Made by a program: the position numbers and the translations under genes
Notes under the pieces: generated by a model
The model's database searches: none
What the model was told of the DNA's origin: nothing
What the model saw: the letters and a program-made list of their open reading frames with translations, nothing else
In this document: positions 25,270-37,859 of the stretch, piece by piece
How the letters are laid out: each line of letters starts with the position of its first letter
Position numbering within the stretch: position 1 is the stretch's first letter
Source of the DNA: Moniliella sp. 'wahieum'
Taxonomy: Eukaryota
Direction: 5' to 3'
Assembly: GCA_003971905.1 (NCBI GenBank)
Contig: RSEE01000029.1
Span: 124,001-188,000 of the forward strand
DNA: 64,000 nucleotides

Positions 25270-26760
25270 GGCCTTAGGCCAAAGCCTTAGGCCTTGGGCC
25301 TCTAATAACGTGTTTTTAACTCCTAACATGTAACGCTTGCCATGCTTGCCACATCCCAGGAAGGCGACAGTCGCGTGGATGGCCGAGGGCCGATCATTGA
25401 TCATCGACCAGGCTATCAAGCTCAATCCTTAATCAAGCTTCAAGCTTCAAGCTCCTTAGGTCGTCTCGAGGCGGTCCTCCCATGAAGTATCCACTGTATA
25501 GCCATGTGGACTGGCAGAACAGACCCCATCTTGGCTCAGCTCAACGCTCAAATTCACAGTGAACTATTTCCGAATGAAAGTGCTCGCCGCCCACCGGCCC
25601 CAGGCCCCACCCCTCCAAGTCGCGTTTAGTAACATTTAACATTTAAACCGGAACGGAAGGTACCCCAGGCTTAACCCCCCAGGCTTAACCCCCCCCGGAT
25701 ACAGGATGAAAGAATCGCTGAGGGCAATGCACATTGCACTGCAGGACAATCGATGGGTGAGGCCTAAGGCCTGAGGATGAGTAGTCGATCACGCGATCAC
25801 GGGAGATGCCTAAACCGCGGTTGTCCCTTAGCGCCTTGGCGCTCGGCGCTGATTACCTCAGGCCTGAGATCTGAGAGAGGACAGCTACGCTTGCCTAGCT
25901 ACGGGGGCGATTGCACTTGCGTAGGGCGGAAACAGTCAGAGACAGCTTCGTGTAAGCTGCTGAGCCTGAGTACGCTCGAGTACGGACGATAGTCCAACCT
26001 TGAGTGCAAGAAAGAGGAGCGGAGGGGAGAGGACGGAGCGCGACAGGGCGCAACAGGGCGCAACAGGGTGCGTCGGTATACAATCGGCAGCGCGCGATTC
26101 GCGGAGGACTGTAGCCAGTTGCGCTTGCCAGGCCAATGAAGTTAATGAAGCTTGAAGCTTGAAGCACTATGTGCCGCTGACGGGTGTGATCTGAGACCAC
26201 TCTGAGACCCGAGATCGGAGGTCTGGATTGCCATGCGGCTGGACCCTAGGCTAGCTTGGCTAGCCTCCGCGCAAATCCTTCAAGAAAGGACCCGCGTGCG
26301 GCCTGGTGCGGCCCCCGCGCGCGTCGCTACCAACGCCACGAACGGGCGGGTTTTATGTGACGCCAATAACGGCGTGGGACATGTGATGCATGATGCATGA
26401 TGGAGTGGCGCTTGGGACTAGTGACTAGGTGACTAGGACTAGTGACTCTTGACGCGTGACGAGTGACTATTAACGCGTGATTATGAATATGACTAGTGGC
26501 TAGGACGCGTGATGCAGATGTGCATGATGATTGACTTCACTAGTCAGTACAGTCAGTTCTTAGTCAGTAGTAGTGACTAGCTTGACTGGTGGTGCATGCA
26601 TGATGCTGTGATGGATCTGAGATCTGAGGATCTAAGAAGAGAGCAAGCTATGTTTTCTTGGCTTGTCGCGGCCAAGTATCGGCTGACGTCAGCGCGTCAG
26701 CATTGAAGCGCTTCAAGCTTCAAGGTTGGAACATGTTGAACGTTGAATATTGAAACGTAG
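25270..26760. repeat. Field of short 7-bp-period palindrome arrays upstream of the C2H2 gene
   Basis: (AAGCTTC)n at 25435, (AAGCTTG)n at 26148, (ATGCATG)n at ~26386, ACTAGTG at 26417, AGATCTG at ~26620, AACGTTG at ~26739. Confidence 0.8.
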
Positions 26761-27714
26761 TTGAACTTGTCTTCGCTCACCCTTGTTGTATTGCCCAAAC
26801 GTCTTCTCCTTTCCCCTCACCGGGTCAGTCCCTAACCACTGCTGTTCGCTTTGAACCTCCCCCAAATTGCTCTCCTTTTGGTCTTCTCGTCGGTTCCTTA
26901 GGTTCTTAGTAGACCCCACAACACGCACGATACGACAAAGATCAAGAACGACGGTGTCCCATCCCCGACCTGCAACTACCAAGGCCACAATACACCCCCG
27001 TACTCCGCCGCGACACATTATGAACATCATCACTTTTATCCGCCCGGACGCTCCCTCTGCTCCGCAGTACCCTCGGCGATACTATAAGGTCCTACCCTTC
27101 TCATAGAACTTCCTGTACCTCTCCTTGAAATCACACTCCTCTTCCTTCAGCACTTCGGTGATCAAGCTTCAAGAGATTTAATGTTAGAAACCGGGACAAT
27201 TGACCGCTCAGTGATCACACGGAAAACAAGCGCAAGAAAAAGCTGTGGCCTGACGGCCCAACCCAAAAAGATCTCGTTAAAGAGGCGCTAAAAGAGGTCG
27301 CCGCACCGATCTTCTACTTCTCAGGTACAAAGTCGTGGAAGTGTGAGCTCAGTGGATCGAGCTGGTCGAGCCCTCTTTGACTGAGCACTTGGCAGTTATC
27401 GCCCCCGGTGGATGATTTGAACAACTGTTGCATCCCCCCAGGGCTCGTATAATATATCGAAATGGGAGTCGTAAAACATTTCCAAGAGTACGCAGATACC
27501 TTCATGCGCATAACCATTGTGGTGTAACCACACATCACGGATCGATATGGTATCAAATAGACATGCCAGAGTGGATATACGGGGCTGCAAAATCTGCAGA
27601 GCCGAAGTCGCACTTCCCTGTCTTCTCGTGTATGTCCTTCTTTCAGTCTATAGACTGTGGCTGTAGATCCTCAGGTTCCGCTAGGGGACACTTCACCTTA
27701 GTTCTACTGATATA

Positions 27715-27941
27715 GTGTTGAGCCATCGGGTGGCTCGTGCTTTGGCTAATGTCTCCCTTCAGTTCCTTCTCATGCCGGGGAGCTCTGTTTTCTCTCCTGT
27801 TTTTTCCTTGTTCAGCAGCTTATAGCCCTGGTGGCGACTCGCTGCTTGATGTTCCTCTGTAGGCGTTGCTGGTTGGCATGACCACTACCACCACCAGTGC
27901 GATTGCATCACCCTCAAGGACCATCAGGACTCCAGGTCTCA
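27715..27941 (-). repeat. Dispersed ~220-bp repeat, copy 1
   Basis: Reverse complement matches 52599-52818 over its length (TGAGACCTGGAGTCCTGATGGTCCT...CCTACAGAGGAAC...CCAAAGCACGAGCCACCCGATGGCTCAACAC) and partly matches 60967-61170. Confidence 0.9.
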
Positions 27942-30900
27942 TATAGGCCCGGCAGATCGAAATAATTCCTACATCAGTTGAAAGGTCCGGTGTCCATCTC
28001 TTGGCAGCTGTGCCTCCTTCCTTTTTGTGAAGAGGGCATATATAATTCTTCAGTCCGCTCATAGATGTATCCACTCCACCCGCCTCCCTTTTCTCCATCT
28101 CACCTTTCCTGACACAGTGTCTAATATATAGGCCTCTGGTATGACGCTATTATGACGACTGTGCCCCACAGGCGGTGCTGTCGCTGGCCAAACTCCCAGG
28201 CAGCATGATTTCGGAGAAGTTTTTGATGTTTGCTGTGGAGAGAGGTTTTTGGAAACGCGACGGACGCTCAGCGCGCGGTCAACACTCCTCGGCATTTTCT
28301 TCCCTATAACTTTTGTTTGCCTTTGACAGTAGCTACTATATATAAATACTAGTGAGACTATATAGAGTGGTGACCCTCTGATCTTCCTTGTAGGTCTTTT
28401 TTATCCCTTTTTTCCACTCAGGCGCCAAAATAAAGTTTAACGGCTTCAAGCTTCAAGCTTCTCAATTAAGCTTTTCGACGTTCCAGCCGAGTTGTGGGGA
28501 CGGGCAGAAGCTCTGTTTTTGCGCTATAATTCGTGCCAAATGCCGTCCCCGACCTAGCGAGTTATGCTCTTTCTTCCCTTCATCGACGTGAAAAGCTTCT
28601 GCGAAGGTTCTTCAAGCTTCACGCTTCATCGATCATCCACCCAACATCTCTCAGCTCAAAAGCTCCAAGCTTCAAGCTTGATGAGCTTGATGCCTGACTG
28701 AAACGGGGTGTTATCTTTAGCCTTATTGAGTTGGCCACACACGCAGCTCAGCGAGAGCCATCATGCTGAGATGGTCCTAAGTCTCACCAACGCTTCCTTC
28801 CCCAATTCAGCCGCGTGTAAATGATGCAATAGCCGTCTCAACAGCAGACAAAGCACTACCAATGAAGTGATCAATGGCCAACACACCTATATATAATACA
28901 CACGTTGCCGTACGACGGGTAAAGAAAACCCTCGTTCTGATCATCTGGGCCCAAAGTACCAGTATGGAGTGGCTTTTTTAATATGCTTTTCCATCAGTTC
29001 GAGTTGTTGCCCTACTCGCGAGACCATAACAAACCACAGTGTCTACATGGCCAGCTCTCCCTGTTATGAAATTGTACGTCTGCCCCCCCCCCTCCAACAC
29101 GTCCCGCAGAACAGAATTCAACAACCTGCAAATCCTGCCCAAAAGCGGCCCACTAATTCTTCGTCGTCTGTTCGACTTGTGTTTTAAGCATTGAAAAGAA
29201 TAGTACAAGTTTATTGGGCCCAGCACCTTTTTTCGGTCGTGTGATTCTCCGTCCCAAAACCCATACTTTTTTTGTGAATATATGCTGTATTGCATTCGTG
29301 CGAGCGAACGTTGGCAGATGGACCAGCGGAGCGTGTACCCTCGCCGAAGTGCCATAAGAGGCGAGCATTGGCCGGCGGGGGCCAACAGCGCCTCTATCCC
29401 CTCCGTTTCCATGCTCCGTAGTGGCTTTGGCTCGCACCCCCGACGAACGAAGGATTCGAAGAAGGGAGGTACGAATAAGAAGACTTTGATTCGTGCCTCC
29501 GATGCTCGAAGGAAGGGTGTGTGTGTGTGCAAGAACCCGTTTGGATGACATGTCCTACGACCGAAGGAAGGAGGGGCGTGCTGAGTATTCAAGTACTCAG
29601 TTCCAGTTCCAAGTCTGGTCTCCCGTGAAAAGGAGATGTGTACACTGGTAGTACGCTCCTTCACCCCTCCCCGCTGTTGGGAGAGAGGGGAGCCGTTCTT
29701 TGAGCGTGAGGACACGCTTGGTGAAGAGGAGCGTGATGTCACGGGTTAAGACGGGCTGGCAATCCCGGCAGAGTTTACGCGCGCCCTTCGCCTTCTTATG
29801 TCCCCAGGTTATTCAGTGGGGTCAGATTCGATCTCATCCAATCTCAGCTGAGGAGCGTCCTCTCTACCCAATAATAGAGCGTGCTCTCAGATTCCATTCA
29901 GTTCCATCGCTGCTCTCAACTGCCAGCTCGATTATCAGACTACGTATCGGAGCGACAATAGTGGCCTTTCTCCCTATAGTGAATTGAGAAAACCCCAGTC
30001 TCGTTGTTCCCCCGTTTCCATTTTGTCCTTGCGATGCTATAGTCGCCTTGTGCCCGTTTATCTTACTTCTCCGCGTTGCGCTTGTGGCAACCCTTTTGCG
30101 GCATTAGTCACCCCGTGCCTGTTTACCTTACCTTTCTAGGTTGCCCGTGCGGCAGCCGTCTCCCCTGTTTTCCTCTGTTTTCCGTCCTTCCTCTGTTGCC
30201 TTGTTTCCCTTTTAGTCCCTGCCTGTTAGCAATGGTTCGTGGCTTTTCCCTCCGGCCCATTGGCGTCTTGCTCTACTCTCCTCGCCAATTGACCAACCCA
30301 GTACAGGCAACTCCTCTCCTCTTAGTTGCTCCTCCAGCTCTCCTCGTCAGTTCTCAGTCCTCCCAGCCCAAGTCCATCCTACCTCGTTTAGCCGCGCGTG
30401 ATCCTGCCTACAACCACGCCGCCACCAGTCCCAGCCCAGCAGGAGTCTATAGCAGCGTAGGTCGTCAGCTGCCCGTTCCCCGTCCCTGAGCCCGAAGGCT
30501 TCAGACACGCTACTACCGCCCAAAGCCGGTACTACGTAGCAGCCTTGCCACACCTACAGCCGCCTCTGCTATGCGCCGAGATGCCTCTCCTTGTCCCCAG
30601 CTCCGCTCGGACCCACCAATAAGCCCAAGCGCGTACTAACTGCCGTAAGTCGACCTTAGGATCTCCAAGGGATTGTATCCCAACTACCTGGGTTGGCCCC
30701 TAGCGGGGCCTGCCCGTGACATCAGGTGAGGAAACGCCATAACAGCGATGAACTGACGGATCACACACATTCCCACAGGATGTGGGTATGATCCTTGTTC
30801 TAGATCTTCCTTGCCCCCTTTTGTGTCTCTTTCCCCTCATCACGCGTGGTCTATACCGTGTGATAGCTTCTCCTTCTCTCCTCTGGTATATAAGGCACCA

Positions 30901-31508
30901 TTCCATGCACAGCCTGAATGAATACCTGTCGGCATCCGAAGCAATCTCCCTCCTATGTGAACCTCCATTGTCATCGTCACTTTTTCTCTGTCAAGAGCCG
31001 TCATGTCTTCAAAAGATGTTCATATGCCCATGTGGTGTTCATTCTGATATGCTATATATGTGAAAGACAAGTCTCCTCAGAGTTAGCATATGATAAGTGT
31101 CGCATGGCCAGTGGAAGAAGCGTCAACAGCTCCCGTGTGGATATATGCACTTTGTTTTCATTACAGTGGGAGTTATTACGGACCGATATATTGAAGGACA
31201 AGAGTGATTCTGTAGGACGAACAATATGTGCTTCTCTTTTTATAGAGCCTTTCTCCCCCTCATTAAATGGGTCCATCATCTTTTGTATAGAAGTGTCTAG
31301 AGACGTAAGCGTTGTAGTTCGAGACATGTTCACTCCCACTTTCCTGTAATTTTTACAACCAATCCGGCCCACAGATACACGGTTGTGACATAGTACAGAG
31401 AAGATTGAACACTATATCGTAGACTAGTACCGAGCCAAGCGCCCGACGGCTTCGGTGTTGTACTACATATAATCATTGTGACTATTTCACCCTTCTGTAA
31501 GTTTCACT

Positions 31509-33354
31509 ATGGCTCCACCGTTCCACCGTTCAACATATAGTTGACCGGTCCACCATCCACAACCGCTCCACCGTCCACCGTTCTGGAAATCCTACCAGCA
31601 GGGGTTCTTCGTCTCTCCAAAGCATTGCTCTTTCACTCCGTACGAAACTTCCTCCTCCACTTGCCCCGCCAACGGTCGACATCCGCAATGATACCAGCAC
31701 CAGAACGGATACCAACGGCAACCCGAGCCAATTCTCGCTTAGCCCCCTCATATCAAGTTCCAGATTGAAGCTGCCTTCCACGGTATGTGCAACGATGCCC
31801 TTCACTCCCTGCTCGACCGCTTCCACTCAGAACTGAAGACGACCGCATCCCTCAACCCGTTGAGTCCTGCCCAGTCGAAGGGATCATCAAGCATGCCTAC
31901 CAGTACGCCATCGAAAGCCATCTACAACTCCTGCCTGACCTACTCAAAGCCATGTGCGCCACAGCCAACTGGGAGCACGACGCTCAGCAGCCGAGCAGTC
32001 TTCCTTCCTTTTGTGGAGACTTTTACCCTCTATGTTTCTGACGAGGTTCTGTCTCCCCTTTTGGATGTGGTCCGACAAACCAACCTCATCATCTCTCCCA
32101 GCACCTCCCTGGGCAGGGGTCCAGCACGCAGGACAGGCAGCGTCCCCGGCCGATTCATCCCCAACAAGCCGTCTCTATTCTAAAATATGCGTTTACCCTC
32201 TCCCCGCATTCTACTTCGGCCACGAACAACAGGTACTCAGCGACCTGACGAGACTCCGACGAGCACAGCTTACCGCTTGGGTACGTTATTCTCGGCAGCC
32301 CCCACGGCGAGTCACAAAATGGATGAGAGAGGAAGCACTAACATGAGAGAACACAGCTACAGAATCAGCGACACCGCTTCAACCCCATCAAAGGGAAAAA
32401 ACAAGCCAAGCGGGCTAGTAACAAAAGAACCGAATCAACGGCACCTGATGGCATCCCGTATAGCTCGCCTGCCTTCCCGTCGAGCATCCTTGAAGGGGGT
32501 AAAGACAGCTACGAATATCAGAAACTGGGGAAGCAAGATGAGGAAGAGATGCACGAGGACAAAAATGATGATGAGCAAGTGGATCTGCAAGACAAAGAGG
32601 AGGAAGAGAATGAGGAGGTTCAATACGATTGGGGGGGAGCGATGGCAGAAGGGACAGGCCCCCCTTTCCTCATGAAATTACGACCAACTTCTCGAGCGAA
32701 GACAATCTGGAGCAGGGCGAGTATCTTTTCTCTCCCGCGTCTCTTAGCAACAGATTTTGACCGGGATCCAGCTCTGTTAGCGTTCCAGGTTTCCCCAGGT
32801 TTTCGGACGACAACTTTATGGGCACGGTGCCAATGGATTGCAACCACGAACCATCTCCCTCTCCAGATCACCCGAACCCCAACGCTTTTGAACGGGATTA
32901 ACGCTCAAGTTCCTACTATCTGTGCTGATGGTGGCCCGGTCGACTTATTAGATGCGTTGGAGCATTGCATCCTTCAGCTCCCCCCCTTCCCCCCCCCCCA
33001 CCGCTGCCTCAGTTCCAGCCCCAGCCTCCCCTCCCGCAAAATGGGCACTGGACTCTGGTTACGGCACATAAGCCAGTGGAGGGAGTCATCAGATCCCCCA
33101 GGAGCCTTGACAAGTGTGTGCCGTTCTCATTGAACCAAGTTCCTTCAGCATTGGCACGCGCACAACCCTTTTGCCCCCCTGCACATCATCTATGCCAGGC
33201 ACCCCACATGCCCGCCTTTATTCCCCCGACGCATTTCAACCAGGCTGCTGATACAGCCTTACTACCCCCCCTCCCGCTACCGTCACCCCAACACAGTGTG
33301 GAGAAAGCGGCCGGTTGTGGTGCTCACGTTTGGATGAGACTAGCATGGTTTTGA
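31509..33354 (+). CDS. HD2-class (bW-like) homeodomain protein, paralog A
   Basis: Homeodomain across small frameshifts: GRFIP.QAVSILKYAFTLSPH...EQQVLSDLTRLRRAQLTAW|LQNQRHR, with intron 32281-32356 (GTACGT..CTAAC..CAG); acidic and Pro-rich C-terminus; start uncertain. Confidence 0.8.
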
Positions 33355-34961
33355 GCCCCAATTGGTCATCAACTTCGTTACATCTACTCCCATGTCCGCC
33401 AGCACTACCCTTCCTGCGGAACCGAGTTCGCCCGAGATACTAGAGATTCCAGCAGCGCATCAGCCCCATAACTGGACGATCTGATGTGGAGGATGGGATC
33501 CAATTATGTTCTTCTTCTCTCCTTCCATTTTTGCCCTTGGTTCCACCCACTTCCTGACTCTCTTCCTCGCAATTTTCCGTCCTCATTTTGTGACACAACA
33601 TCTTTTCCATCACCTAAAGGAAGAGTGCTGATGTATTCCAACGGACTACTGTCAGTTCGATAATAGCACTCTGATGGATGACACATTGATTCGCATATCC
33701 TGTTCTTTCCCTTTGTCCTTCAGCTCTTCTTGCTCAATAAGTCGGCTCCCATATATGGAGCTAAAGCCGGCACGCATAGCCTGACGCTATACGGTTGGAA
33801 CACTATATATATATGTTTGACCACAGCAAACGGTCGCCACCTCGCACGTCTTCTCTATCCACACGGTTGCAACCTTCCCCATGAACAACACCTGTATCCC
33901 CCCTGATTCTCCACCGTCACGACATGAAGAAGACAAGGAGGACCACCGGGCCTACGGCCCGGTCAGCTGGGGCTTCGCCCCAGTTGCCGTTCCCCCTTCG
34001 CCACCTTAGCCACCGTTCCACCGTCGCCACCGTAGCCACCGTTCCACGCTGGAGAGGAAACATAATATCACCGATGCATACGGGTGGCAGGAACGTGGCA
34101 CCGGTCGCTGATGTAAAAGCGTGCAGATCGGGGGATGCGCAATATTGGGCGATCCCGCTGGTTCCTTGACCTTAGTGACGCCCCCAAGTAACCCCCGCAA
34201 GATAAACGGTTAGGTTTAGACGTAGCGTTCCCCCTGTCCCAGCCTTAAGCTCTGTCAATGAAATGGACGTGATCTGGGGATAATGCGCATTGGTGTGGCC
34301 AAAGAGTATGAACGGATAATGAACGAGACACTCTTGCAATAATCAGTACTCAGTGGGGAGAAATATGACAAAAGGCAAGGCGCAAGTATGTGCTCGTGAG
34401 AGGGCAGTGATTTCTCTCTGACCTTGTGCGGGAAAGTCGGCTCGCCTAGTGCGCCGTTGGGCGGAGGGCGATAACTGTGGGGTGTGAGCAACACTTGCCT
34501 AGTGGCCTATGCTGTTGGCTGTTCAAACTCGTAGTCTCTCACAGTGTGAGACCCACCCCGGCTATACGACGGTGGTACATCAGGCACAACAGCATTGTAG
34601 GAAGTGCTCTCTCCGTAGCCAGGGGGAATGGGGTGACCGGTGAGGTAGCAGTATAGTCGTTTTGGTTTGATAATGAAGATATATATCTCAAACGCCTCTC
34701 AATATGAGGGGCGCTTGATGCTGCCCAGGTGTCGGGGGCTTTTTTACTGCTCAAAAGGGTTCGAAGGTAAACCTATTAAAGCAGATACCTCGTCCATCCC
34801 AATCTTGCTTCTGGTCTCTGGTCTCGCCCACATTCATATCCTCTCTCTCCTCTCCCATCGCCAGCCATCCCAACGTCTCTTGATCGCGCTCGTCCCTTTG
34901 TCTGACCACCACACCCCAACCCGCGCCCAATCCCGAATTCAAACACGAGACCGAGCACGCC

Positions 34962-36117
34962 ATGGACGGAACCGCGAATGCTGGAAGTGCACACCATTCG
35001 AACCCTGACATGCAAACCGACTTTCGCGACCGGTGCATGCATTGGCTCCGTCCCCGCATGGTCCAGTTTCGCTCCGAACTATGGGGCATCAAGGACCCTT
35101 CCGGCATCAACAGTTTGAATCAGCTCCAGGTCGACACAATTTGCAAGTGTGCTTGCCAGTACGCCTACGAGGCCCTTCGGGAGTTAGTCGGGGACCTGTC
35201 ACAGGTAATTCCGGTTCGTGAGGACAACAGCCGGACGAGTGGCGAAGAACTGCACTTTTGGGCCCATGTCACAACATTTACCAACTACGTCGATGATGAG
35301 GTCCTACCCCCCCTCTTAATTTTGGCGTACATCGTCAATTTCCTTGGTTCCATTCCCAACCAGGGGATGAGGGAGGACAACAACTCCCGTACGCGCAAAA
35401 GGGAGAACATACCGCCCAATATTGTCCAACTTCTAACGAAGTCCTACAACTTGTGCAGGGCTCCTACCAAGGCTGAGCAGCGCGAACTCAGTCAGATGAC
35501 TGGGCTTAGCTACAAACAAGTTAATGACTGGGTACGCTTTGGCGGCGCTCCTCGTGTGTGAGACCAGGGGCGTGGTGAAAGAGCAAGAGTCTAACCCCCA
35601 TGTGTGGAATGTTACAGTTTCAGAACCCGGACCACCGCTCCAAGTCCTCCAGCAATAACGAAGAATCGAGTGTGAGGGCCGGGAGCATCCTCAGGCAAAA
35701 AGAAAGTGACTGAAAGTGAGAGTCAAGATCCGGGGAAAGAGGCAAATGAAGGCAGTGAGGGAAGGAACCTGGACCAGGAAGCGGATGTTTGTATGAGCAC
35801 GTTTTTCGGCGATGCGGACAACCTTGACCTTGTCTTGCAGGAGCCTTTGTGAGTTTTCCCCATATCCTTTGTTGTTGCTGTTTTGGATTCTGACCGTGTG
35901 GTGGGCATCCAGCCAGTGCAACCTATTCCCGCTCCCGAGTTGGCCAGTACTCAAGATCAGCCTAACCCCGCCGAACGTACTATCGGCTGTTATTGGCTTC
36001 CGACTGTGGATCAATTTTCCGAGTTTGTCACCGGCCATGAGTTCCCCAACTAAATTCCGGGGGGCGATTTCGGCAATTCGAACCCCAGTGACCCTGCCAT
36101 GCACACTCCCCAATGAA
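34962..36117 (+). CDS. HD2-class (bW-like) homeodomain protein, paralog B
   Basis: RKRENIPPNIVQLLTKSYNLCRAPTKAEQRELSQMTGLSYKQVNDW|FQN, with intron 35532-35617 (GTACGC..CTAAC..CAG); second probable intron from GTGAGT at 35849; N-terminal region homologous to paralog A. Confidence 0.85.
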
Positions 36118-36529
36118 GCGGTGACGCTCGCTGGCTCGACTGTTGATTCATTCGGTGCGCGGGTTGCGGAACCTCCCTTTGTTTGCTCTCTGAATCGCTT
36201 TTCCCTTGCCATTTTCTCGTTCCCTTCAGCTTGCTTGAAGGACTTGTGGCTGCCTGCCCTGCCTCTCGTACGTCTTGAAGGTGTCTGTTCTTCCTGTTCT
36301 CAAGTTGCACTTCGCAATGCAGCTAGCGTGAACGACTTTTTATGGGTGCGACTGCCTTGCCTTCTCGTAGTAATACGCATTGAAGTTCAGCTCGTGTTGC
36401 TCGTAGCGTTCCCTACAGCCACACTTATAGCACTCTAAGCATCACTAGATCCTGAATGTTTTTCTTTTTCTGTGTGATTAGTGCACGCTTCTGTTGCATT
36501 CGCTTGTGCATGTCTGGCTCGCTTCTAAT

Positions 36530-37300
36530 ATATGTCGAACGCTGCTGTGCTGAGTCCTGTGGACTTTTGCGTGGGAGGTGTGGATTTTGTAGCCGGTCGT
36601 GTCTTCGGGACCATACATCACGTGCGCAGCCTAAGGCAGAAAACATATCCAATAAGGTTGAAATAGCACCATCCTCCAGATCCTCTCTCACTGTGGCAGT
36701 ACTGTATGCAGACCAAGCTTCGCCACGTTTTCCGACCACATAGTAGTAATGTTGCACAGTTGGAGAGCCAGCTGGAAGATGTGTTGGCCGTGAATTATGA
36801 CGCGCTCTTCAAAATCTACATGAAATTTCTTCGATGGATCCAAAGGGACGGGAACCGTCAAGGTATGATGATAGGACGAAGAATCACTTTGACATGCTCA
36901 TGATCTTGCCTCTCTGTATGAGAGAATGCGGCTTCCCTCTCTACTAGTACATTGCGCCCCACGCACGTGCTGCGGCCAAGGGCCGACGACTGCCTTTTAC
37001 CACACTTTTGTTGCCCCCTTGGGTACACGGCGAACGCACTTCGACGCGGCGGCGCAAGTGCTGCCAGAAGATTGTGAGGGGGGAAGAGTGTGGGAATGAG
37101 CTACTCCAGAAGCTCCCAGGGCCGACGGTGGCGCAACCACATGCGCAAACTGGTTGAGCGCAGCAATATATCAACCACACTTTGCTTTCCTCGTTGCCAG
37201 CAGCCAAGTGCCTCAACTATACCCACAGGTGGGTTCAGATTTGTCTCCAGCTTTGCATCCTCTGTGCCGTTCCTCGTGCAACAGCAAATGTGAGTGTGGT
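36530..37300 (+). pseudogene. Possible decayed third HD2-like gene
   Basis: Helical ORF fragment MQTKLRHVF...VAQLESQLEDVLAVNYDALF, then RRTHFDAAAQVL and SYSRS...MRKLVERSNIS in shifting frames; no WFxN motif seen. Confidence 0.25.
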
Positions 37301-37859
37301 CCGATGCCACCGCTTGAGGACAACAGTTTGACTTGCACCCGCACCCACAGCAGTCCAAGTGTGGGGCGCACTGCGCGAGGTTATGCGGGAGCCGATCCTC
37401 AAGCTCGTGCGTTTCATTTTCAGGGCCCCCACATGTTCAATGACGAGGGACTGATGTCGCGGAAGAGGACGAGTCGTGGAGTGGGAGGAAGGCGATGAGG
37501 CAAACGGATTCTGGTAGGTATACCGAGTGAGGGGACCAGGGGGGTCGGAGGATCAGGAATTGAGGTGGACCACACCTTCCAGGATTGGAGGGCACAAAAG
37601 ACGATGGGTGTGAGTATTAGCGGAGAGAAGAAGAGGGTGTGGGAGATACGAGGAAACTGCGAAGCGGGTGGAACACCCCAGGAGAAGGAGTTATGCTTCG
37701 ACTGTTGCTTATGGAACAAAAAGAGGAATGCGGCAAAAGAGCACAAAGGACCACGGACGCACTCAAAAGAGTCATACTCTTCCCTTGGGTCTTGACGCGG
37801 ACGCGCGGATACTATAGGCCACCAATAACATGTTTGAACCCTGCGCTGGAAAGAACGTT

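Noticed and set aside
25663..25697. CCCCAGGCTTAACCCC duplication resembling a telomere seed
   Set aside because: Only two copies and not TTAGGG/CCCTAA; treated as a local duplication.
30760..30800. Minus-strand HTHILWEC resembling the C-terminal zinc knuckle of non-LTR retrotransposons
   Set aside because: No upstream CxxC or reverse-transcriptase motifs; too short to support.
26700..37800. Pheromone precursor (CAAX) or STE3 receptor gene near the HD genes
   Set aside because: No listed ORF looks like a 7-TM receptor and I saw no convincing short CAAX-terminated ORF; ORFs under 60 aa were not exhaustively scanned.
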